In this document: in pieces, positions 44,816-54,172 of the stretch
Layout: the number at the start of each line of letters is the position of its first letter
Position numbering within the stretch: the stretch's first letter is position 1
Assembly (NCBI GenBank): GCA_036556125.1
Contig: DATBJZ010000138.1
Span: 124 to 64,123 of the forward strand
Source: Gemmatimonadota bacterium
GTDB lineage: Bacteria > Gemmatimonadota > Gemmatimonadetes > JACCXV01
Length of the DNA: 64,000 nucleotides
Reading direction: 5' to 3'
Notes under the pieces: model-generated
Told to the model about the DNA's origin: nothing
Seen by the model: only the letters and a program-made list of their open reading frames with translations
The model's database searches: none
Made by a program: the position numbers and the translations under genes

Positions 44816-45847
44816 ATGGCCGATCTCGCAGCGATCGCCCGTGCAATGGTGGCGCCCGGCAAGGGCATCCTCGCCGCCGACGAGAGCTCCGGCACGATCG
44901 AGAAGCGGTTCAGGGCGGTGGGGGTCGACTCCACGGAGGAGAACCGCCGCGCGTACCGCGAGCTGCTCTTCACGACGAAGGGCGCCTCGGAGTTCATCAG
45001 CGGCGTGATCCTCTTCGACGAGACCATCCGGCAGGGGGCGGCCGACGGCACGCCGTTCCCTGAGGTGCTCCGCCGGCAGGGCGTGATCCCGGGCATCAAG
45101 GTGGACAAGGGCGCCAAGGCCCTGGCCGGCGCGCCGGGCGAGAAGGTGACGGAGGGGCTGGACGGCCTTCGCGAGCGCCTGGCCGAGTACGTGAAGCTCG
45201 GCGCGCAGTTCGCGAAATGGCGGGCGGTCATCACGATCGGCGACGGGATCCCGAGCGCCTATTGCATCGAGGCCAACACCCACGCCCTCGCCCGATACGC
45301 GGCCCTGTGCCAGGAAGCGGGGGTCGTGCCCATCGTGGAGCCCGAGGTGCTGATGGACGGCGACCATTCGATCGAGCGGGCGGAGGACGTCACCGAGTGG
45401 ACGCTGCGCGCCACGTTCGAGGCGCTCGACCGGCACCGTGTCCTCCTCGAGGGGACCATCCTGAAGTCGTCCATGGTCGTCTCGGGCAAGGATGCGCCGC
45501 AGCGCGCGGGGGTGCAGGAGGTCGCGGAGCGGACGATCCGCTGCCTGCTGCGCTCCGTCCCGGCGGCGATCCCCGGGATCGTGTTCCTCTCGGGGGGCCA
45601 GAGCGAGGTCGAGGCCACGGCGCACCTCAACGCGATGAACGCGATGCGGCGCGAGCGCGATCTGCCCTGGGAGCTCAGCTTCTCGTACGGCCGCGCGCTC
45701 CAGGAGTCGGCGCAGAAGGCGTGGCGCGGGCAGTCCGGGAACGTGGCGGCGGCGCAGCGCGCCTACCATCACCGTGCGCGGTGCAACGGCGCGGCCAGGA
45801 GCGGGCGGTACAGCGAGCAGATGGAGCGGGAGCTGACCGCGGCCTAG
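44816..45847 (+). CDS. fba: Fructose-bisphosphate aldolase, class I
   Basis: ATG after aaggaggaagg. GILAADESSGTIEKRF, Schiff-base Lys region VLLEGTILKSSMV, FLSGGQS. Confidence 0.9.
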   Translation: MADLAAIARAMVAPGKGILAADESSGTIEKRFRAVGVDSTEENRRAYRELLFTTKGASEFISGVILFDETIRQGAADGTPFPEVLRRQGVIPGIKVDKGAKALAGAPGEKVTEGLDGLRERLAEYVKLGAQFAKWRAVITIGDGIPSAYCIEANTHALARYAALCQEAGVVPIVEPEVLMDGDHSIERAEDVTEWTLRATFEALDRHRVLLEGTILKSSMVVSGKDAPQRAGVQEVAERTIRCLLRSVPAAIPGIVFLSGGQSEVEATAHLNAMNAMRRERDLPWELSFSYGRALQESAQKAWRGQSGNVAAAQRAYHHRARCNGAARSGRYSEQMERELTAA

Positions 45848-45972
45848 CGGTCCGCCCCTTGACGGGCGCGTGCCCGCGTCCTTACAAGTTCACGAGCGCG
45901 GCGATTTTCCCGACTTGATGGGCCGCGCGCCGGTTACGGCCGGGACGTTCACCATCTAAGTCGCGGACCGAC

Positions 45973-46000
45973 GGCCCCGCGGCGGGGCCGTTTCTGTTTG
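45973..46000 (+). terminator. Rho-independent terminator after fba
   Basis: ggcccc-gcggc-ggggcc followed by gtttctgttt. Confidence 0.55.
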
Positions 46001-46231
46001 GTGGACCGGATCCCCGCTCCTGCAGGATTCGACCGGTCCGTACGTCGGCAGCCTCCGTTTCGGCTGCCGGCATGGAGAGCGCGGCGAGAGCACCGGCTCG
46101 ACGACCCGCGCGCCAACCGTCGCCCTGCTCCCGCCGAGGGAGCGCACGGTGGCCCAGCCGGCCGGACCTCTCCCGGAGGTCCCGGACCCATGCGCCAGTG
46201 AAACGGGACCGTTCACCGGAAAGGGCCGACC

Positions 46232-46573
46232 ATGTGGGATCCTGACAGCGCCCGTGCGCGCGTCGTCGAGACCGCGAACCTCGTCGTCGAAGCCGTGCGG
46301 CGCGAGTTCCCCCACGATTCGCCGATCATCCGGCGTCCGGATCGGAGCGACCTCGAACGTCTCGAGGTCATCGTTCCGCGGAAGGTCGCGTGGACGCTCC
46401 GTCCAGTCGCAGGCGCGATGCTCGAACCTCTGACGGTGCAAGGCTTTGCGGCATCACTGTCGCGTGAGCCATCGCGGTCCCGGCGAGTCTTGACAGCTGG
46501 ACGTTCGACAGTAACTTGCCAGCTCGACGTTTGCATGGCACGTCAGACGAGGGAGGGCCGGACCGTTGAGTGA
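46232..46573 (+). CDS. Hypothetical protein; weak call
   Basis: ATG after ggaaaggg. The N-terminal 80 aa are protein-like (MWDPDSARARVVETANLVVEAVRREFPHDSPIIRRPDRSDLERLEVIVPRKVAWTL). The 3' end overlaps the merR promoter. Confidence 0.25.
   Translation: MWDPDSARARVVETANLVVEAVRREFPHDSPIIRRPDRSDLERLEVIVPRKVAWTLRPVAGAMLEPLTVQGFAASLSREPSRSRRVLTAGRSTVTCQLDVCMARQTREGRTVE
46491..46530 (+). promoter_or_regulatory. Putative promoter/operator of the merR-like operon
   Basis: TTGACA-gctggacgttcgacag-TAACTT, with imperfect inverted repeat CAGCTGG...CCAGCTC spanning the spacer. Confidence 0.3.
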
Positions 46574-47186
46574 CAATCCGAAGGACGCCAGCGGCGGGGC
46601 GGCCAGCTACTCGCTGACGGAGCTCGCCGAACTGGCCGACGTCTCTCAGCGCACGGTCCGCTACTACATCGGCCAGGGGCTGCTCCCGTCTCCCGGTCTC
46701 GGCCCCGCGGCCGAGTACACGTCCGCGCACCTCGATCGGCTCCGGCTGATCAAGCGTCTGCAGCGGATTCATCTGCCGCTCGCGGCCATCCGGTCGCGTC
46801 TGGAGGGCATGACGGACGAGCAGGTCGCGGCGATGCTCGCGGAGGCGGAGCCGCCGCCCGACTCCGCACTCGACTACGTGCGTGCGGTGCTGGCCGAGCC
46901 GTCGGCTCCCCACCCGAGACCCTCGGCACGAGCGGCCGCGCCGTCGTTTCAGACGCGGATGCCGGCCGCGCCGATGGTCCGCTCGCCTGTCCCTTCGTTC
47001 CACGACATCGACTCGGGGGCGGACCCCGAGCGCACCCCTGGTCCAGGTCGTTCCTCGTGGGAGCGCATCGCACTCTCACCCGACATCGAGCTCCACGTCA
47101 GGAGGCCGCTCAGCCGGATCCAGAACCGTCTTCTCTCCCAGCTCGTCGCGTTCGCCAACAAGCTCCTCCGCGAGGAACTTCGATGA
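46566..47186 (+). CDS. MerR-family transcriptional regulator
   Basis: TTG start. HTH YSLTELAELADVSQRTVRYYIGQGLLPSP, then a coiled-coil and a Pro/Ala-rich C-terminus. Confidence 0.8.
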   Translation: MSDNPKDASGGAASYSLTELAELADVSQRTVRYYIGQGLLPSPGLGPAAEYTSAHLDRLRLIKRLQRIHLPLAAIRSRLEGMTDEQVAAMLAEAEPPPDSALDYVRAVLAEPSAPHPRPSARAAAPSFQTRMPAAPMVRSPVPSFHDIDSGADPERTPGPGRSSWERIALSPDIELHVRRPLSRIQNRLLSQLVAFANKLLREELR

Positions 47187-48493
47187 ACGTCTCCGTCCGC
47201 ACCGACCGCCGTCTGATCCTCTCGTCCGGACCGAGCCAGCGTCACGTGCTCGTCCGGATCACCGCCCCGGAGGCACCCCGCACCCGGGAGCGCGCCCCCA
47301 TCCACGTGGCGTTCGTCCTCGACCGCTCGGGGTCGATGGCGGGTCCGAAGCTCCGTCTGGCCGCGACCGCGCTCGAGCGCGCGCTGGGGCTCCTCGACGA
47401 CCGGGACCGCTTCTCGGTCGTGATCTACGACAACGAGGTGGAGGTCCTGCATCCGAGCACCGAAGCCATCGCCGAGGCGCGGCGCGAGGCCATCCGCCGC
47501 GTGCGGGCGGTGGAGTCGCGCGGCTGCACGAACCTGTGCGGCGGCTGGCTGCGCGGGGCCGAGCAGGTTGCCGCGCACCTGACGCAGAACGGGACCGGGC
47601 TCTGCCTGCTCCTGACGGACGGTCTCGCGAACGAGGGCGTCACCGACCCTGACGTGCTGCGGGACCACGCCCGCGAGCTCCGGCGGCGCGGCGTGGCGAC
47701 CACGACCTTCGGCGTGGGCGCGGACTTCGACGAGACGCTGCTCCAGGCGCTGGCCCGCGAGGGCGGCGGCAACTTCTACTTCCTCGAGCGGCCCGAGCAG
47801 ATCCCGGACCTGCTCGCGAGCGAGCTGGGCGAGGTGATCGAGACGGTGGCGCGCGACGTGGCCATCCGCGCCCGGATCCCGGCCAAGACGGGCGTCGAGT
47901 TCCACACCCGCCTGAGCGTCGCGGAGGACGGCGAGACGTCCGACCGCGGCTTCCTCGAGTCGATGGTCACCGGCGCGGACGGGGCCGACCTGCGTCTGCG
48001 CGTCGGCGATCTCACCTCCGGGCAGGAGCTGGACGTCCTGCTCACGCTGGCGTTCGGTACGGACGAGGCGGGCAGGAGGCTGGTCGCCGCCTTCTCGGTC
48101 GAGGACCGTGACGGAGTCATCGCCGGTCCGCCTCAGACGCTTACCTGGGAATACGCCGGCGGCGAGGCGGTGGACGCCGAGGCCCGGGACCGTGCCCTGG
48201 AACGGCTCGTGTCCGAGATGCTCGCGGCCCGCGCGCGCGAGCGCGCCGTGGAGCTCAACCGCGTCGGCAACTACCGGCAGGCGAGCGCGATGATGGCGCA
48301 GCTGGCCGACTCCATCGTGGCGGACGCGGGAGACGATCCGGGTCTGCGGAGCATCGCGAGCGACCTGCGCGCCGAGAGCGCTCCGTTCGCCGCGCCGATG
48401 GACTCCACGGAGCTGAAGCGCCGCCACTACCTCAGCCACGTCACCCGCTCGAGGCGGGCGCCGGACGGGAAGGCGCGGAAGGGCGACGCGTGA
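47183..48493 (+). CDS. von Willebrand factor type A (VWA) domain protein
   Basis: Its ATG overlaps the merR TGA (ATGA). MIDAS motif VLDRSGSM, then TNLCGGWLRGAE, LLTDGLANEGV. Confidence 0.85.
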   Translation: MNVSVRTDRRLILSSGPSQRHVLVRITAPEAPRTRERAPIHVAFVLDRSGSMAGPKLRLAATALERALGLLDDRDRFSVVIYDNEVEVLHPSTEAIAEARREAIRRVRAVESRGCTNLCGGWLRGAEQVAAHLTQNGTGLCLLLTDGLANEGVTDPDVLRDHARELRRRGVATTTFGVGADFDETLLQALAREGGGNFYFLERPEQIPDLLASELGEVIETVARDVAIRARIPAKTGVEFHTRLSVAEDGETSDRGFLESMVTGADGADLRLRVGDLTSGQELDVLLTLAFGTDEAGRRLVAAFSVEDRDGVIAGPPQTLTWEYAGGEAVDAEARDRALERLVSEMLAARARERAVELNRVGNYRQASAMMAQLADSIVADAGDDPGLRSIASDLRAESAPFAAPMDSTELKRRHYLSHVTRSRRAPDGKARKGDA

Positions 48494-49776
48494 GAGGGGC
48501 GGTCGCGGGCGCGGCGCTCGTCGCGCTGACGGCGGGCTCGGGAGCGGCATCCGTGCACGCCCAGGTCCGGCCGGTCGGAGCCGCCGTGGCGGCGCCCCGA
48601 CTCGACGTCGGCGCGCTTCGTCAGGACCGTCCCCGCGCGCGCGAGCTCGGCGTGGCGCCGGGGACGCTCGAACCGGGTCCGGAGAACGCGATCACCGACG
48701 TGGCCGGCGTCCTCGTCGGCCACGTCACCCTCCGGGAGAGCGACGACGTGCGGTCCGGCATCACGATGATCGTCCCGCACCGCGGCGACGTCTTCCGTGA
48801 CCGCGTGCCCGCCGCCCTCCACGTCGGGAACGGCTTCGGGAAGCTCGTCGGCGTGACCCAGCTGCGTGAGCTGGGCGAGCTCGAGACGCCGATCGCCCTC
48901 ACCTGCACGCTCTGCGTGTGGAACGTCGCGAACGGGCTCGCCGACTGGAGCCTGGCGCGCGAGGGTCACGAGGACGTCCGATCGGTGAACCCGGTCGTCG
49001 CCGAGACGAACGACGGCTTCCTGAACGACATCCGCGGCCGCCCGGTGACCGCGGATCACGCCGTGGAGGCGCTGCGGCGGGCAGCCGGAGGACCGGTCGA
49101 GGAGGGTGCGGTCGGCGCCGGGACGGGCACCGTGGCCTTCGGATGGAAGGGGGGAATCGGGACCTCGTCCCGCCGCGTCGATGCCGCCGGTCGCCCGTGG
49201 ACGGTCGGGGTGCTGGTTCAGACGAACTACGGCGGCGACCTCACGATCCTGGGAGTTCCGGTGGGCCGCGAGCTCGCCCGGCGCGGGATCGACCCGACCG
49301 CAGCCCGCGCCGCGCGATCAGCCGGCGGACCGTCGGCGGCGTCCGGTGAGAACCCGGCTGGCGGCGACGGCTCTGTGGTGGTCGTCCTCGCGACCGACGC
49401 TCCCGTCGACGCGCGGCAGCTCGAGCGCCTCGCCCGGCGCGCGATCCTCGGCGTCGCCCGGACGGGGTCGGTGATGAGCCACGGATCGGGCGACTACGTG
49501 ATCGCGTTCTCGACCGCCGAGGGCGTGCGCCGCCGGCAGCTCGGCGGCACGACGGCGCCCGGCGGCCGATCCTCCGACGGGAACGCACCCGCCGCGACGC
49601 TGGCCGAGGACGCGCTCACGCCGCTCTTCCAGGCCGCCGTCGAGGCGACGGAGGAGGCGATCTACAACTCGCTCTTCAGGGCCGAGACCACGACCGGCAA
49701 CGGGCGCACGGTCGAGGCGCTGCCGATCGAGCCGGTGCTCGAGATCATCCGCTCGCGGGGTGCGATCGGTCGCTGA
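48490..49776 (+). CDS. S58/P1-family peptidase (DmpA-like L-aminopeptidase / D-Ala esterase-amidase), secreted
   Basis: Its GTG overlaps the VWA TGA (GTGA). Signal peptide. ITDVAGVLVGH, SGITMIV, GTGTVAFGWKGGIGTSSR, NYGGDL. Confidence 0.8.
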   Translation: MRGAVAGAALVALTAGSGAASVHAQVRPVGAAVAAPRLDVGALRQDRPRARELGVAPGTLEPGPENAITDVAGVLVGHVTLRESDDVRSGITMIVPHRGDVFRDRVPAALHVGNGFGKLVGVTQLRELGELETPIALTCTLCVWNVANGLADWSLAREGHEDVRSVNPVVAETNDGFLNDIRGRPVTADHAVEALRRAAGGPVEEGAVGAGTGTVAFGWKGGIGTSSRRVDAAGRPWTVGVLVQTNYGGDLTILGVPVGRELARRGIDPTAARAARSAGGPSAASGENPAGGDGSVVVVLATDAPVDARQLERLARRAILGVARTGSVMSHGSGDYVIAFSTAEGVRRRQLGGTTAPGGRSSDGNAPAATLAEDALTPLFQAAVEATEEAIYNSLFRAETTTGNGRTVEALPIEPVLEIIRSRGAIGR

Positions 49777-50887
49777 TCCGGGCCATCGCGCGCAGCCTCC
49801 GCAGCGCGGCGAGCTTCTCGCTTCGTCCCGCCCGCGCGTTCGCGACCGCCGACGCCAGATGGTCGATCGTGCGGTCGTACGTCTCGCGGTCGACGGGGTG
49901 CGGCGTCCCGTCCTTCCCGCCGTGCGCGAACGAGAAGGTGGCGGGGTCACGCGTCGACGCGGCCGATCCGTACAGGAGCTCCGACAACAGGTTGAGCGCG
50001 CGGAGCGTGCGCGCTCCAAGGCCGCGCGTCCCGAGCAGCCGCTCGAAGTCGCCGGGCTGCTCTTCGTACGTGCGAAGCAGGATCGTTCGCAGGTGGGAGG
50101 GCGACAGGTCGGCGGCCGTGATCCCGTGCCGCCGCGGAAGCCGGAGATCGTCGCCCCTTCGCCCGTGCCGGCGCGGCACCCGCATCGCGCCGGCGGCCGC
50201 GAGCTCGCGCAGCAGCCGCTCCGGTTCCTCGCGGGCGAGCCCCGGAATGGTGGAGCGGACGGCCGAGCTCTCCCGGGCGACGAAGTTGAGCACGTCCTCC
50301 GCGCCCCCGCCGCAGACCGCGGCGTGCGGCTCCTCGACGAACGACCCGACCTCCTCGCCGCGCCAGTGGTAGCGCCGGGCCGTGCGGTCGGCGTCGCGCA
50401 TGCCCTGCTGGACCACCGCCCACTCGCCGGTCGCGGTCGCGAAGAACGCGTGGTGGTACAGCGTGAAGCCGTCCTGCACGGCGGCGCTGTCCACCTTCGC
50501 GGCCATGCGACTGGCGTAGGCGAGAGGCCCGGGCTCCACGCCCGTCCGGGCGCCCCAGCGCTCGATCTCCGCCGGCGTGCGGCGCGACGCGGCCCCCTTC
50601 CCGCCGGCCACCAGGAGGCCCACGTCGCGCTCGCGGCCCGCGAGGCCCGCCTTCATCGCTCCGCAGACGGTCGTGGTCACCCCGCTGGAGTGCCAGTCGA
50701 ACCCCAGCAGACAGCCGAACGCCTGGAACCAGAACGGATCTCCGATGCGCCGCAGGACCTCGGCGGGTCCGCCCTCCAGGACGAGCGCCTCGGTGACGCC
50801 GGCGGCGAGCCGCGTCATCCGCCCGAAGAGCCAGGCGGGCGCGCGGCCGCCGTGGAGCGGCAGATCGGCGGTCCCGGTCCGCCTCAT
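49745..50887 (-). CDS. DUF763 domain protein
   Basis: N-terminus MRRTGTADLPLHGGRAPAWLFGRM, characteristic of DUF763. 380 aa. Confidence 0.8.
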   Translation of the reverse strand: MRRTGTADLPLHGGRAPAWLFGRMTRLAAGVTEALVLEGGPAEVLRRIGDPFWFQAFGCLLGFDWHSSGVTTTVCGAMKAGLAGRERDVGLLVAGGKGAASRRTPAEIERWGARTGVEPGPLAYASRMAAKVDSAAVQDGFTLYHHAFFATATGEWAVVQQGMRDADRTARRYHWRGEEVGSFVEEPHAAVCGGGAEDVLNFVARESSAVRSTIPGLAREEPERLLRELAAAGAMRVPRRHGRRGDDLRLPRRHGITAADLSPSHLRTILLRTYEEQPGDFERLLGTRGLGARTLRALNLLSELLYGSAASTRDPATFSFAHGGKDGTPHPVDRETYDRTIDHLASAVANARAGRSEKLAALRRLRAMARISDRSHPASG

Positions 50888-51179
50888 CGGACCCTCTCCC
50901 GGGGCGACCCCGTCATCGGTGCGATCCGGTGAAGGCGTCCGGCAGGTGAGTCGGACCGCGACGGGCTCCCCTGCCGGCGAGCGTCGGGCGCGTTCCGGCC
51001 TTCGACCGCCGGGACGGCAAACTCGCGGTTGCGACGAGGATTCACGGGCCTAGAGTAGCCCTGAGGGGTCGGCGCGCCAGCCGGGGACCGGGCGGGTCGG
51101 CTCGGTCGCCTCCGACCACGCCGCCTCGGGCGCCGCCCCTGCCGTGGACCTTTCAACTCGTTCGAAAGGAGGGACGCCG

Positions 51180-51848
51180 ATGGCGAACCTCACCAGATGG
51201 GACCCCTTCGGGGAGATGCTGAGCCTGCGGCAGGCGATGGACAGGCTCATGGAGGACGCGTTCGTGGCCCCCGCCCGGCGCCTGGGCGTCGGCCAGGGCG
51301 GCGAGGACGGCGGACTGGACCTCGACCTCTACGAGGACGACGACGCGGTCGTCGTCACCGCGAGCCTCCCCGGCGTGAAGCCGGAGGACGTGGACGTCTC
51401 GGTTCAGGGCGACGTGCTCACGATTCGGGGCGAGACGCGGTTCGAGCAGGAGACGGAGCGTGGCCGCTGGCATCGGCGCGAGCGCCGGGTCGGCTCGTTC
51501 CACCGCCGCATCGTCCTGCCGTGTCCGGTGAACACCGACGGTGCCGAAGCCCGGTTCGAGAACGGGATCCTCAATCTTCGCCTCCCGAAGGCCGAGGAGG
51601 CGAAGGAGCGGAAGATCCGCATCGAGAGCGGCGCGCGGCGGGAGATCGGACAGGGCGGAGGGAACGGGGGAGGGGACGGCGGCGCGGCCGAGCGATCGGG
51701 CGCGTCGTCCTCACGCCGGACGGGCGCGCAGACCGGCGCAGCCGCGACCGGCGGGACCCGGACGGGCGCCACGCAGACGGCCGGCCCGTCTGAAGGGCCG
51801 CGAGGGGAGCCCGAGGTCGTCCACGGACGCGGGAGTCGCTCCGGCTGA
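51180..51848 (+). CDS. Hsp20/alpha-crystallin family small heat-shock protein
   Basis: ATG after aaaggaggga. Alpha-crystallin domain DLYEDDDAVVVTASLPGVKPEDVDVSVQGDVLTIRGE...GSFHRRIVLP...ENGILNLRLPK. Gly/Thr-rich C-terminal extension. Confidence 0.9.
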   Translation: MANLTRWDPFGEMLSLRQAMDRLMEDAFVAPARRLGVGQGGEDGGLDLDLYEDDDAVVVTASLPGVKPEDVDVSVQGDVLTIRGETRFEQETERGRWHRRERRVGSFHRRIVLPCPVNTDGAEARFENGILNLRLPKAEEAKERKIRIESGARREIGQGGGNGGGDGGAAERSGASSSRRTGAQTGAAATGGTRTGATQTAGPSEGPRGEPEVVHGRGSRSG

Positions 51849-52016
51849 GAACCGTACGCCCCTGCGTGACCTGCAGCCTCGGGCCGCCGGCGCGCCAGAC
51901 GAGCCGCCGCTCTCCGGAGCGGCGGCTCGTTGCGTTCGGGTCGGTCGCCGTGTATGTGGAAGGCCCGCGGTGCGGACGGCGCCTCGCGGACGGAGCACCC
52001 GAGCGAGGAGGGCCGG

Positions 52017-53243
52017 ATGAAGGGCAGGATCGTGGTCGGGCAGGCGGGCGGGCCGACGGCCGTCATCAACCAGAGCCTCGTCGGGCTCGTGAGGCGGGCG
52101 AAGAAGCGCGGCGTCAAGCGCATCTACGGCGCCCGCCACGGCGTCCAGGGCATCCTGGCGGACGACTTCGTCGATCTCGGGAAGGAGACCCGGGAGACGC
52201 TCGAGGCGGTGGCGAGCACCCCCGCGAGCGCGCTGGGCAGCGTGCGCAAGAAGCCCACCCAGGAGGAGTGCGGGCGGATCCTGGACGTCTTCCGGGCACA
52301 CGACGTCCGGTGGTTCTTCTACATCGGCGGGAACGACACGGCCGAGACCGCGGACATCCTGAACCGGAGCGCCTCGGAGCTCGCCTACGAGCTGGCGTGC
52401 TTCCACGTCCCCAAGACGATCGACAACGACCTGCGGGTGACGGACCACTGCCCCGGCTATCCCAGCGCCGCGAAGTTCGTCGCGCACGCGTTCCTCGGCG
52501 ACAACCTCGACAACCGCAGCCTGCCGGGCATCAAGGTGAACGTGGTGATGGGTCGCCACGCCGGATGGCTCACCGCGGCCAGCATCCTCGCCCGGCGGGA
52601 GGAGGACGACGGCCCGCACCTGGTGTTCGTGCCCGAGCGCGACTTCTCGCTCGACCGCTTCGCCGCGAAGGTCGAGGCCGTGAACGGCCGCTTCGGCCGC
52701 TGCATCGTGGCCGTGTCGGAAGGCGTTCACGGACCGGGAGGGGAGCCGCTCGCGGCCACGAAGGAGCGGGACGCGCACGGGAACGTCCAGCTCTCCGGCT
52801 CAGGCGCGCTGGGCGACCTCCTCGCCTCCGAGATCCGCAACCGGCTCGGCCGGAAGCTCCGGGTCCGTGCCGACACCTTCGGGTATCTGCAGCGCTGCTT
52901 CCCCGGGATCGTCAGCAAGGTGGACGCGAGGGAGGCGCGCGAGGTCGGCAAGGCCGCGGCCGACGCGGCGCTGGAGGACGAGCTTCCCGAGGGGTCGATC
53001 GCGATCCGACGGCTCGAGGGCGGGAAGAAGTACGCCAGCGAGACCTTCGTGACCCCGCTCGAGAGCGTCGCGAAGGTGACGCGGAACCTCCCGGACGAGT
53101 GGCTCCCGAGCGACGAGGGGGTGGACGAGGGCGCGCTCCGCGCCTACCTCGAGCCGCTCGTGGGCTCCCTTCCGGAGACGGCGCGCCTCGAGGCCCGGCC
53201 CGTCAAGCCGAGGATGCGCGAGGTCGAGGTGCCGGTGGGCTGA
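52017..53243 (+). CDS. pfk: 6-phosphofructokinase (PfkA family, PPi-dependent-like group)
   Basis: IVVGQAGGPTAVINQS, FFYIGGNDT, HVPKTIDNDL, MGRHAGWL. Confidence 0.9.
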   Translation: MKGRIVVGQAGGPTAVINQSLVGLVRRAKKRGVKRIYGARHGVQGILADDFVDLGKETRETLEAVASTPASALGSVRKKPTQEECGRILDVFRAHDVRWFFYIGGNDTAETADILNRSASELAYELACFHVPKTIDNDLRVTDHCPGYPSAAKFVAHAFLGDNLDNRSLPGIKVNVVMGRHAGWLTAASILARREEDDGPHLVFVPERDFSLDRFAAKVEAVNGRFGRCIVAVSEGVHGPGGEPLAATKERDAHGNVQLSGSGALGDLLASEIRNRLGRKLRVRADTFGYLQRCFPGIVSKVDAREAREVGKAAADAALEDELPEGSIAIRRLEGGKKYASETFVTPLESVAKVTRNLPDEWLPSDEGVDEGALRAYLEPLVGSLPETARLEARPVKPRMREVEVPVG

Positions 53244-53343
53244 CGGCCCTCGCGGCGTCGCGCGTCATCCGAAGCCGAAACGCCCGCGTGCCGCGGTGCC
53301 GCCGTTCGGACCCGCCACGACCGTTCTTTCGCGGCTCCCCACC

Positions 53344-54153
53344 ATGCTCCTGAGCTCCCGCGCGCGAACGTGGCTCGAGCGGCTGGCGCGTCTCGGCTAC
53401 GCCTCCAAGGGAGTGGTCTACCTCCTGATCGCAGCGACGGCTCTCACCGCGGCCGTCCGCGCGCGCGGGTCGGTGAGCGGCGCGAGGGGCGCCCTCGTGT
53501 CGCTGCTCGACGAGCCGTTCGGCAGGACCGTTCTGCTCGCCGTCGGGCTCGGGCTCCTCGCCTACGTGCTCTGGCGTTTCCTCCAGGCCGTCCTCGATTG
53601 CGACGCGAAGGGCAGCGACCTGAAGGGTCTCGGCGTCCGCGCGTTCTTCCTCGTGAACGGCATCATCTATCTGTCCCTCGCGCTGGCGGCGCTCGACCTC
53701 TCGCGCGGCGTGACGTCCGCCGCGGGTGACGACGGCCCCGAACGCTGGACGGCGAAGCTGATGAGCCAGCCCGCCGGCCGTCCTCTGGTCGCCGCAGCCG
53801 GGGCGACGCTGATCGGCGTGGCCCTCTATCAGGGTTGGCGCGCGTGGACGGCGCGGTTCAGGAAACGGCTGAAGACCGGGGCGATGAGCCGGCGCGAGGA
53901 GACCTGGGCGACGCGCGTGGGTCGCGTGGGCCTGGCGACGCGCGCGGTCACGTTCGTCCTGATCGGCACCTTCCTGCTCAGGGCGGCGGAGAAGGCCGAT
54001 CCCTCCGAGGCGGGCGGCCTCGCCGAGGCGCTGGGCTCGATCGGGGCCGGGCCGCTCGGGGCCTGGCTCCTCGGGGGCGTCGCGGTGGGGCTCGCCTCGT
54101 ACGGGCTCTTCCAGCTCACGATGGCCCGCTACCGCCGCATCCGCATCGGGTGA
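53344..54153 (+). CDS. DUF1206 domain membrane protein
   Basis: Three repeats of the Y..KG.VY..IG motif (YASKGVVYLLIAATAL, GIIYLSLALAAL, ATRAVTFVLIGTFLL). Confidence 0.7.
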   Translation: MLLSSRARTWLERLARLGYASKGVVYLLIAATALTAAVRARGSVSGARGALVSLLDEPFGRTVLLAVGLGLLAYVLWRFLQAVLDCDAKGSDLKGLGVRAFFLVNGIIYLSLALAALDLSRGVTSAAGDDGPERWTAKLMSQPAGRPLVAAAGATLIGVALYQGWRAWTARFRKRLKTGAMSRREETWATRVGRVGLATRAVTFVLIGTFLLRAAEKADPSEAGGLAEALGSIGAGPLGAWLLGGVAVGLASYGLFQLTMARYRRIRIG

Positions 54154-54172
54154 AAGGCGGTCACGGCGGAGC

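Noticed and set aside
45956-46441. 161-aa minus-strand ORF in the fba-merR intergenic region
   Set aside because: No start context or homology. Overlaps the slightly more plausible plus-strand ORF 46232-46573 and the fba terminator region.
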